Positions 25,958-36,590 of a stretch of DNA of 64,000 nt are shown in pieces. How positions within the stretch are numbered: position 1 is the stretch's first letter; every line of letters begins with the position of its first letter. The notes under the pieces were generated by a model. That model was given only the letters and a program-made list of their open reading frames with translations, was not told where the DNA came from and searched no databases. Where the stretch lies: assembly GCA_051362555.1 (NCBI GenBank), contig CM120649.1, positions 17,870,567 through 17,934,566 on the forward strand, read 5' to 3'. This DNA comes from Lingula anatina (Eukaryota > Animalia > Brachiopoda). Made by a program: the position numbers and the translations under genes.

Positions 25958-27938
25958 GTAAGTGAAGGACGTGGGTTACAATATCATTACAATGACAGCA
26001 TCAGTAACGTAACAGTCATTAAACATGGTGGAACAGTTTCGTGTACAGTGTCAAAATAATGTTGTCCTTGCTGCATTGGTACAACATTGGCTTTTAAGCT
26101 GTTAAAAGCTGTTAAAATATTCATGGTTTGTACATGGTTTCGGGATTTATGAGTTGTTGGACTGGCTTCAGTATTGTGACAATAATGTAATAATGTTGCT
26201 GCTGTAAAGCACAAAATGTATTGTTACATTGTACTAGAGGAAAACATGCCTGAGACATATTGTTTGAACACATAATAGCTGCAGCATTAACACTAAAAAT
26301 TTTTTAATGTAAAATTATTAAGAACATTGATACATTATGAATTTAAACTTTGCAAACTGGTAAATATCTAAAAAAAAAAATGTGAATGAGCAAGAAAGAA
26401 AGATTGTTTCTTTTATTCTCTGGGATGAACTGAATAATATTGAAAGGGATAATTGTATGCTCACTTCAGTCATATTTTCTTGGATTGGCAAAATCAAACA
26501 TGATCTACATACGTAATAGCACATACATGCAAAAGATATGGTATCTCTTAAATAGAACCTCTCTCTCATGGACTGATATGTAATTGAAACAAAAAAGCTT
26601 AATATGTTTTCTACTTATAACACATCTAAGAGACAAAAAAAAAAAAAAAAAAATTGTGTCACATCATTCTTACAGCATCACTAATATAACAAATACACAA
26701 GACATATTATATACCCAATTTGATAGCCCCAAGCTAGCTTAACCTGACAAATTATAGAGTTATTATGCATAATATTACCTGAACTTTTGACACCTAATAG
26801 GTGCTTGTACAGACGAGTTGATTTTTACGGTAATGGTTCACTAAATTTGCTCTGAATTGGTTCGGATATTTTCTGAAACAATGTTTTGTTATTGGTTCCA
26901 CTTCTGTAGATGTATGATTAAAAAATCAAGAAATTTTCTTGGATTTGGAGGTTTTTTTCTTTCTATTTAAAATGCTGTTTAGAAGTGATTATATTTGAAG
27001 AAAAGAAATGAAATATTGGTATTGGTGAGAAGCAGAATCATTAAATAATTACTTGTCTGTACTTAATTTTTTTAAAAATTTGAAAATTATTCTGGGTATT
27101 TACGTAAAATTATTAACTTTTTTCTATAGAAACAAAAACAATTTTAATTAAAAAAATGAAATATTAAAGTTGGTAACCTATTAAAATTATTGAGTAATTA
27201 CCATACACGCCCTGGGCTGTACTTGATACACGCAGGTATGTGAGGCAGCAGATTCAGGTTTGCTAACTCGCACTGAATTCAACTCAAATCGGCTTAGTAC
27301 AAAGATCTGAGCTTCTTGTGTCATATAAGTAACACGTACTTGAAGATAGCCCCAGAAATAAAACCCTGAACTCTGAGGTCAACTGGAAGTTATTTGATAG
27401 CCAGAGTCTGCAGATCATATTTGAAATATATACCATTGAATTGATATCTTTGTGGAAAGGAACCACACATCAAAAAGGATTTTTTTATCAACTGAAAGAT
27501 AGTTTTGAAAATCATAAATTTGCAAGTCATACTTATTACACACACACACACAGAGGAATATTTAATTTTCATTATTTCTTTTCTTGTGGAACCAGACATG
27601 GAAGACTTTCCTTCCTCTTTTTATTTAATAGTTTGAGACATGGTCCTCTTACTTACCACATTGTCATATCATAAAGACAGTCTGGAACCTCACACCTACA
27701 TTGAAAGCTTTCTTAGCATCTGCATTGACTGTATTCCAGTTGTAATATCCCTTACGTGTCTGACATCAGAGCCATCACTTTCACAATCATTGACATTAAC
27801 AGCATTCCACATATCAGACAATAAACGTATAAATGCTCATGATGGTTTCCTTTGAATTTTGAATGCTGTTAATCTAAAAAAAAGCTATTAGGTGTTACAT
27901 TTCATAGCCAGAACTAAATGCCTAGATTATGTGATATG

Positions 27939-28002
27939 GAGAGAGAGAGAGAGAGAGAGAGAGGGAGGTGTGTGTGTGTGTGAAAGAGAGAGAGAGAGTG
28001 TA

Positions 28003-28090
<88 letters not shown>
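27939..28090. repeat. Compound (GA)n/(GT)n microsatellite
   Basis: Directly visible. Confidence 0.95.
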
Positions 28091-28096
<6 letters not shown>

Positions 28097-28311
28097 GGCA
28101 GCACAGGTAACCTAAAAAGACTGGAAGTATTTAATCATTTGCTGTACTGCTGAGGTAATATCAACAGAACTGTTTCTTAAATAGCTCCAAATATTAACCT
28201 CACTGGGTGCAGATTCCACTGGCATTAGTCGTGCTGTTATTACGAAAAATACCGGTTACCAATGGAACGAAAACATTAAACATGCTTTAGTCTGTCGACT
28301 TACACTACTGG

Positions 28312-28313
<2 letters not shown>

Positions 28314-28346
<33 letters not shown>

Positions 28347-28357
28347 TGTTGGATGAC

Positions 28358-28388
<31 letters not shown>

Positions 28389-28432
28389 TGTTAGATGACA
28401 GAGACGCTCGATGAGAGAGAGAGAGAGAGAGA
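28314..28432. repeat. Interrupted (GA)n microsatellite with repeated TGTTRGATGACAGAGA unit
   Basis: Directly visible. Confidence 0.9.
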
Positions 28433-28857
28433 GGTGGGAGGTTAAAAGCATACATTTCTCATATTATCAACATAAACCTTGTTTCAAATTTTATAAAAAT
28501 AAGTGAGGAAAAAATCAACTGTCTACAAGTTTTACTTAAGAAAATCCATCATGAGTCAGTGTGGTCCAGAAAAACATTGACATCATTACTTGTTTCCACA
28601 TCATATTGTTTTTTCAAGTGGCATCTTCTTCTTGTACAAGGAGAATCACTCATGTCACTTACATAAGCTACATCTAATGGCTAGGGTGTGTAAACTTATT
28701 TAGTAATCTGAATGATATCATTAAGTTCCCCTTTGGCTTTTTAGCCTGCGTATGGCTAAGTTTGACATTGATGTGATATAAAAAATATTTAAAAAATAGT
28801 CATGCCCCCTTCAATGAAAAAAAGTCAGAAAAACATACATGTTTTTGCTCTATTTAA

Positions 28858-29195
28858 AGGGATAATAACTCTTCGTATGAGATCTATATTTCACAATAAA
28901 AACATTGTGAATAACTCATAGAAATATAATATATTCTGTTTTAACACAAAAATGGCAGTTATAGCTATTTTTTCTGATATCTGAGCTTGTCTTTAGACCA
29001 CTTGACCTCCATTGATGGCTATACTCTGTTAAAATCTCTTAAGAGATTTTAACAAAAAACCAAACTTTTTAGAAAAAAACCAGGGACTAACTTTGAATGT
29101 AAAAATTGATTCATTTACCATTGGTAAGTATGGGAAAATTGTTGTTTACTCCAGGAAAATTCATTTTTTGGCCGAAACGAAGAGTTATTATCCCT
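28858..29195. mobile_element. Kolobok-like MITE family C, copy 1 (338 bp, TTAA TSD)
   Basis: TTAA|AGGGATAATAACTCTTCG ... CGAAGAGTTATTATCCCT|TTAA; second copy at 47381-47718; RR..YY termini with TTAA TSD are typical of Kolobok. Confidence 0.9.
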
Positions 29196-32158
29196 TTAAT
29201 AATAACACTACTTTTTGTGGTGAGAGGACAACCTGCAAACATACTGCCTATAGTGACTTATATTCACAGATGAACAAAATATATAAAGAAAGGGTGTAAT
29301 TATAAAAGGTGACTGGAATGTAGCTCCGAAATTAATAAGATAATTAAAATCACCACCAGACAGAAAATATGAGTTAAAAATAGTAACTATAATGCAAGGG
29401 AAACAAACTGAAAACATAACATATACCACATGGCTTCAGGTTTGGTCCAAAAGAGCAAAGTGTGGATTTACTGTTAAAATGTATTCTTACTGTGTATGGT
29501 AATTACTTGATTTTTTTTAAAGTCATAATTTCTTAAAATTAGAATGTTCTATTTTAGTGGTAGCAACCAAACTAAAAAGCAGGCTACCTTATAGTTATAT
29601 TCTATACAAAAAAAATACTACAAAAGCTGCACAGAAATATATAAACTGGCAATTTTTCCCCAGTCGAAAAGAAGGAGAAATTACCATCATTTTACCCTCA
29701 ATTTTCCAGTGAGTACTGCTGCTCCTCTTTCTTTTCACATTAATTCAAAGATGTGCAGTGCTGTAAGGGGTGTGTTCAGTAACACATGTTAACATTATCA
29801 CTGGTAGACATGAAATCGGAGGTGAAAGACATTGCTTGACGTGCCAACTTGGGGGAATTCTAATCAAAATTCCTGGGAGCCAGATATACGTACTGTTATT
29901 TTCACCAGATGATACTGAGTGAGTCTAAAATTAGACAAGACTTGCGTCATTTGTGGTAGATTTCTGACTTTTTAAGTATGTTTATCTTCATTCAAGTAAC
30001 TATCCACTCAGTAGAAAAGATTTTAAATGTTTCCCAACTACAATTTTTGTTTTCTTGAGCACAGTAATGACTGATAAAATTTTCAAGGTCTGGTTAAAAT
30101 GTGAGTCTAATCAGTCCAGGGAACTGGCAGCAATTTTAAAAGCCTGCATTTTGAATTAACAGTGTAGCAAGAAGTCCTCCAGTGCAACAATTTTTACAAC
30201 TACCTCTGGTTGGGTTGTCTGGCTGTTTTTAAGTGTTTACAGCATGTCAGTATTACCACCTAGATGTGGCCAGATACTTTGATGATAAAAGATTATTGAA
30301 GGCTGTCCAGTTTCTGCCCACCTATTATCATTACTAACTGACACTTAGTAAGATTATAAATTTGACATTTATTCTGTGAGAAGTGACTCTTTGAACTTCA
30401 CATACAGAGACTTGAACATTTACTGTGTTTTCTCAAACTTCAAAATAAATTCAAGTCAATTTATTTCTGTACTGGTACATAGATCTTGTACAATAAAATA
30501 AAATGAAATAATAATACAGTATGAGAATGAGCAAACATATCTTTTTATAATGGACAGATGTATTAATTAAAATACTAACAAAATTTTCTAACTAAATGGT
30601 GAGGTACAACTTCTTTGTGTGTTTACATATATATCATAAACACAAATCATGCCGCATACATTTACAATTATATCAACAATAATATGGAGTAATTAAAATT
30701 TATAAAGAATATGCTATGAGTTGCCAAGTAGATCAGTTTTTATCACTTCTTTTCTTATATGATTTCATTATAAAATTGGAAAGGGAGGCTAAATTTTCCT
30801 TGCTGGCATTGTTTAATTTTCTATATACTCATTAACCGTCTCTCTGAACATCTAGAACATCCACATCCACTGCTGAACAAATTAAATTTTCAAGTCAGTT
30901 TTGTTCACACAACAACACTAGCATAATGTGCACGGCAATGTAGAGTTACTGGTCAAACCCTTCTCTCATTCCACCAATTAGTTTAATTTGAATGATGAAG
31001 TCTTTTAGTTAAAGGTGTTTAATTAAAGGTTGCCATACAGGAAATATGTCACCAGGGCTGGGTGTATGTAACTATGGTATTTTGTCTCATTAAGGACAGG
31101 TAAATGGACTGATTATCTTATGACCAATATATCATCTTGACATCTACGTTGTAGTCCCTAACAGAACCTGTTAATTCCTGTGTATAGACACAATCCAAAT
31201 ATTGTTTTATCTAAAGTCTAACAAAGAGAGAAAAAATGGATAATCTTAATAAATTGATGGCATTGATACATAAGTGCATTGATAAATGAACAAAGAAAAG
31301 AAGTAACACACACACAAAAAAAAAATACCATAATTTTACTTCACACTGAAATGAAGTATATTCATGTCTCTACAATTGTAAATAAACGAGCACAATGACA
31401 GGAATGTAAACGGACTTGTCCAGTTTTCTACAGTAACCTTTAAACGAAATATGTTCTTGCATGTTGAAATGCATAACAACTACATGTTAGCATGAATACT
31501 ACACTGGAACTTTCCCTTCCTCACTTAGAAAAGCTCAAACATTTCACAGTTGCTGTTGGGGGAAAAATTCCAAGTATCATTACAAGGTATCATAAACCGA
31601 CACAACCATATTTGCAAAGGACAAGGCAAATCCTACTAAAATCAGTTATAAATTCCTTGCACAACCTCAAAGTAATTGGGTTTTAAATGACATTTGATTT
31701 AAGTGGTAAGTATTGCAACAAAATACTCCCATGTCATGTATTACGAGTGACTCAACAATATTGACCTTTTGACTTGTTTGTGTACCAAATTTAAGAGTAT
31801 AATAAAGAGAATTTGCTCAGTTTGTAAGTATGCATATGATTGTACTTTTAATTTTTTGATCTCATTTACAATGTTTCTTATCTGTCAAAGACATTTGAAC
31901 TTAAATTGTTAATTAATTTTGGAAATTCATTTGTTTTATTTGTTTTACTACTTGAATGAACATATTTTTGATGGGATATCATGTCACAAACCAAAAAAAG
32001 ATGTAATGTTTAAAATGCTCATTTGTTAGTCTTTATTTCTGATTTATGGTCATGATATGAATTGGATTAATCTTTACCTCTTAGTTTTTTCTTAGTTTTT
32101 TAATAACTTTTTTATTATACAGTTTTCATAAACTAAATACACTTCAATATATATCCAG

Positions 32159-32449
32159 GAACAAAAAGAAAAAGAAAGAGAAATCAAGGAACAGGAGAAA
32201 GACCAGAAGAAGACACAGCCCCATTCTCAACCAGCACAATCTCAATCTCACCAAACACAATCGCTGCAGCACTCGCAGCAGAGACATCCACGGTTACCTC
32301 AGTCCTCACGCGTACCTAAGTTTTACTTTCCCATGGGACCGCCTGTGGCGCGGGAAGAGAACGACGCCATGCTGCAGAGAGTGGCCGAAGTTTTTTCTGC
32401 AGCAGAAGGAGGGAAGATTTATAAACATCAGATGGAGATGGTGACTAAA
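32159..32449 (+). CDS. PPP2R3B: PP2A B'' coding exon 3 (charged and Q/S/H-rich segment, FYF motif)
   Basis: ATCCAG acceptor; EQKEKERE...SRVPKFYFPMG...MEMVTK; donor AAA|GTGAGT; PKFYFP is the conserved PR70 FYF motif. Confidence 0.9.
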
Positions 32450-33188
32450 GTGAGTAGGATGTTTTAAGAATTTAAGATTATAATTTTTTGATTTAATTAT
32501 TTATTTTGAAACCAGCTCTCTCAGAGTACTTTGATTATGCAAAATGAAAATAATGATTAAAGAAAATTTGAAATAATTGTTTTAAAAGACCTTAGGAGAC
32601 CCAGATTTAGTTGCTATTGTAATCATTTCTATATCCTATCAAAATGACAGTCTATTCTTAAAATTTTATCAACATTTCTGAAAAACTTTTAACAAGTGAA
32701 TAAACCAACACCAGTGAAAAAATGATTTCCTTTGGAAAGGAGGCACATTTACTAGGAGCAGATGGTTGTGTTCAAACAGATAACAGAAAAGGAAAAAAGC
32801 GCTTAACCTTTTGGTAGAAACACAAACAGATAAAATCAAAATGCCATCAAGCACCTCAAGAGACAGGTGGATAGCTAGATGTGATAGACTCAGTTTAAAA
32901 CCAGGACACAGATTTCCACCACACCTGCTTGGTATCAATACACTTTAGGTAGACTGGTAACTTTATAACTTCACTCTCCACCTGGTGCTGTCAGAGCCAA
33001 TAAACTGACCGATTTGAACTGGTTTCCCCCCATGCCCTTATTTGAGAGAGTTTCAGTTTTCAAGCACCTGGTGTAATTGCTTAAATAAGCGTGGTTTTGA
33101 TTAAAAGGGAAGTAGAACTTTGCTGATATTTTTTCCAAATGTTGGAAAGCATTTAAGTGCTTTTTTGTGGATTTTTCAAGTCTGGTTT

Positions 33189-33292
<104 letters not shown>

Positions 33293-33565
33293 TTACAATC
33301 CATTTTGTTATGTATTTTTCTAAAAGAATCAGCCAGGCAGCTAAGCAGTGTCTGATGCAGATAGGTTGTTTACTGACTAGGAAATATGACAGTTTAGTCA
33401 GATGTGACAGTTGAGATAGGGCATTGTGTTAAGATGTGACACTTGGAGAAAATATTATAAAATTGTAACACAAGATTATATATGTGGAAATTAAATTGCT
33501 CAAGCAGACTTGTTAAATGGTAATTACGTATATTTTATTTTTTTATTTTTACTTTTTCCTCTTAG

Positions 33566-33669
33566 GCCTGTGATGTACCATTCTATTGGAAAAGTCTCAT
33601 ATTCAACTCAGCTGGAGGAGACAAATATGGGTTTATTACACTACAGTCTTTCACTGTTTTATGGAAAAA
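33566..33669 (+). CDS. PPP2R3B: PP2A B'' coding exon 4
   Basis: CTTAG acceptor; ACDVPFYWKSLIFNSAGGDKYGFITLQSFTVLWK; donor AA|GTAAGT. Confidence 0.92.
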
Positions 33670-33900
33670 GTAAGTTAAACCCAAACTGCAGATTAACATA
33701 ACAGTAGATAAAATGCCAAATGTTTCATAAAGATATTTAGTCGCAGCTTTTTAATGCAAGTTTCTGAAACACTCCCTTCCACAGATACCATTTATGCGAG
33801 GGGTTATCCCCTTGAGAATACTTTTTTCAATGATGAATTTACTATGCCATTATATTTTGATGACTAATGACTAAAAGATGTTAATGAATTCTTGTTTCAG

Positions 33901-34003
33901 ACTTACTGCCAATTGCCATGACGATGCAGCAAGATTTGTCAGTCTTTTAGCAAAACCAGGGTGCTTTTATCTGACTACAGAGGAGTTTGTGCCATTAATA
34001 CAG
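33901..34003 (+). CDS. PPP2R3B: PP2A B'' coding exon 5
   Basis: TTTCAG acceptor; LTANCHDDAARFVSLLAKPG...FVPLIQ; donor CAG|GTAAAA. Confidence 0.93.
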
Positions 34004-34015
34004 GTAAAATCACCC

Positions 34016-34018
<3 letters not shown>

Positions 34019-34079
<61 letters not shown>
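34019..34079. repeat. (CT)n microsatellite
   Basis: Directly visible. Confidence 0.95.
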
Positions 34080-34081
<2 letters not shown>

Positions 34082-34777
34082 ATATTTAAAATAAAATGTT
34101 TAACTTTATCCACGATTAAGTTTTTCCAGTGGGTGTCAGTATTCTTTGAATTAAGACTTTAAGTATGGTGGTTATATGACGCAAACTGTTACTTAACCAG
34201 GTGAGAGAGGAAGTTGACTGCAATCAGCAGAGAGATCTGCAGGTGTGAAAACAGTTCTGTTGATCTTACCTGTCAGTTAGTGTCAACTTGTTCTAGGGTC
34301 ACTATTAAGTTCTGCTGTGGAGATAAGAATCTTGAGAAGACCAGATCAAGATGGTGGTTCTTTTCAAAACAGTACAACCAGTTAGTGTCACACTGTCTTG
34401 TAGTCTGGCTTAATCTCTTGTCACTTTACTTGAATATTTACAGATACAGTGATATTGGCTCTGAGATTTTATTGCCTCGGGTGGCTTTATTGTGGGACAG
34501 TAAGTGTCATGTATGGTGTCACCAGGTGCCAAATAGAGGTCCCAGCTTCTTTGTCAGATAAGATCCATTGTGCCTAAATATTTGTTGTTTGTGAAGTTCC
34601 CTGTGTATTTATAGCCTTTAATTAGTCAGGGTGTGAACAACATTGCTTCTTTTTGTCCTCCATTGCTCATCCTGGCAAGTCACCTGCAGGGTCCTGACAC
34701 ATTATTATCAACCAATTAAATTTAGGTATTAGGGTCACATGATATGTTAGCAGGTGACATAGTTTTTCACTTTTTCT

Positions 34778-34937
34778 CCAATGTGTTGTTGATTGAAAGC
34801 ATTTCCAGCCAATCAGGGAGTGAAGTAGGTCACCTTAGCCAATCAAATAAGAGAGGAGGAACTTGTTGACACATGTCAACAGTGTTTTATTGTTTGGCTG
34901 GTTTAAAAAGGAGGGGAAGACATTTGTGGCATCACTT
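34778..34937 (+). promoter_or_regulatory. Promoter of the nested intronless gene: three CCAAT boxes, palindrome, TATA-like box, Inr-like site
   Basis: CCAAT at 34778, 34809 (AGCCAATCAG) and 34839 (AGCCAATCAA), 31 and 30 bp apart; TGTTGACA-CA-TGTCAACA at 34864-34881; TTTAAAAAG at 34902-34910; TCACTT at 34932-34937, about 30 bp after the TATA-like box. Confidence 0.7.
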
Positions 34938-35063
34938 CAGTGGCAGACACTGACACCTCTACATTGGTTAACTGACAGAATTTAGGTCTTCCTCCATTTG
35001 TCTCTCAGTTCAAGATCAAGGCGTGCGTTGCTAAACGTACACTGTGTAATCTTATAATTCATC

Positions 35064-35462
35064 ATGTCTCTGCATAATATGTATGAAGAATCTGAAGGAG
35101 CAGGGGCCAACATCCATGATAGTATAGAGAACGACTATCTGACTGAGAGTGATGGAGACCAGCTGAGTGAAAAGATAGATATGGCCAGTGACACAGTCGC
35201 TCTGCTCAGTGCCCTTGCGAGGGACCTTCGCGTCAGGTACGAGAGGGCTCAGAGAACCAAGCGGAACAGCTACCTGTGCAAACTACGTATCTTGTTGATA
35301 GCCATTCAGGGCCTGAGGGACACCTTCTACGAGTACACTGTGAGGAAGTGTGACGAGCTGGAGAGAATAGAAAGGAGAGTTGAAATTGAGCAGGGGCTGC
35401 AGTCACTGGAATATGATGATGATGACACTGACTCAGACTTAGATGATTACAATGAATACTAG
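35064..35462 (+). CDS. Nested intronless gene, uncharacterised 132-aa protein (acidic termini, predicted two-helix core); not a histone
   Basis: ATCATG start context; GC-richer and protein-like compared with the surrounding intron; lies in PP2A intron 34004-35845 between a promoter-like block and a histone-type 3' processing signal. Confidence 0.8.
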   Translation: MSLHNMYEESEGAGANIHDSIENDYLTESDGDQLSEKIDMASDTVALLSALARDLRVRYERAQRTKRNSYLCKLRILLIAIQGLRDTFYEYTVRKCDELERIERRVEIEQGLQSLEYDDDDTDSDLDDYNEY

Positions 35463-35592
35463 TTGGTCACTCCATCTTGGCTTCTCAACATGGTGTTTAT
35501 GATCACTAGATACTGGATGGCTGTTAGGAAAGAGAGAGAGAGAGAGAGCAAGATAGTTTATCTAGCACAGATATTGACCTGTTCATTGCAGT

Positions 35593-35636
35593 AACAAAGG
35601 CCCTTTTCAGGGCCACTATCACTTCCCAGAAAAGCT
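35593..35636 (+). terminator. Histone mRNA 3' stem-loop plus purine-rich downstream element (SLBP/U7-type 3' end signal)
   Basis: AACAAA-GGCCCT-TTTC-AGGGCC-ACTA (stem-loop 35599-35614, 6-bp stem, 4-nt loop) fits the metazoan histone stem-loop consensus including both flanks; CAGAAAAGCT at 35627-35636 is at HDE distance. Confidence 0.85.
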
Positions 35637-35845
35637 AAAGCCAATTAATTTGCCCAATTTAAAAAGAAAGATTTTTTTCTGATTTTTTTTATTCATTTTT
35701 AAAAATATTTATTTCAGATTTAACAGATACCTGCCTTGCATCAGAGCTCACATATTAAAATATTTTAGAATTATTATCTTTATAACCACTGTTTCCTTTG
35801 TTTTCATCATACCAGTAGGTAAAATTCTTGAATTTATTGTTCCAG

Positions 35846-35920
35846 GATGTTGTGGACACACATCCAGGGCTCACTTTTTTACAAGATGCACCTGAATTCC
35901 ACTCTAGATATGTACACACA
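35846..35920 (+). CDS. PPP2R3B: PP2A B'' coding exon 6
   Basis: DVVDTHPGLTFLQDAPEFHSRYVHT (conserved HPGL.FL...PEF.SRY); TCCAG acceptor, GTGAGT donor. Confidence 0.95.
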
Positions 35921-36503
35921 GTGAGTAACATGAGATTTTACGCTGAAATAATAAAGATAATAATTATTGATCTATAGAATAACCTTACAAATTTCAGAAG
36001 TGTTGAGGAGGGGGGGGAGCTGAAGAACCTCCCTTTTAATCAGGGAGGCCCATATTGAATGGAAATTTGATCTACATTTTATGTGGTTTAGCACTTTGCA
36101 TCCACAAAGGGGGATAAAAAAGTTTGCACAAAAAGTTCACAAAAAAAGTTCTTTTCATACAAAGAAGACCCCACCCCCCCTCAATTTGCTGGCTTGGTTG
36201 TAAGGATAAGGGGACAGAAGGAGAGATGTGTCTTAGTTTATGTTGATGTTGGATACTGAACATATATTACTAGTTATAACTTTCTTTGCATATTTTTATT
36301 GCTCAGGTTAACATAAACATATTGATTGTTTTCAAAATTAATTGTTTTAGAGCTTCAACTTTCTGTCAGTCTTCTCCTTAGATATACCTGAGAATACTTC
36401 TAACATTGTTTCAGTATTCATATTTTATTTTGAAGCATTTGTTCCCACAGTTGTTGTACAGTGCTTTACAGCCTCACATGTATCTTAATTGAAATGATTT
36501 CAG

Positions 36504-36590
36504 GTAATAGCTAGGATATTCTACTGTGTAAATAGATCCTGGTCAGGTAGAATAACAGTACATGAACTGAGGAGAAGTAGCTTTCTGCAG
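36504..36590 (+). CDS. PPP2R3B: PP2A B'' coding exon 7
   Basis: VIARIFYCVNRSWSGRITVHELRRSSFLQ; TTTCAG acceptor, GTGAGG donor. Confidence 0.95.

Noticed and set aside
36005-36196. Degenerate relative of MITE family A (AATTTGCTGGCT end)
   Set aside because: Termini are too eroded to define boundaries or a TSD.
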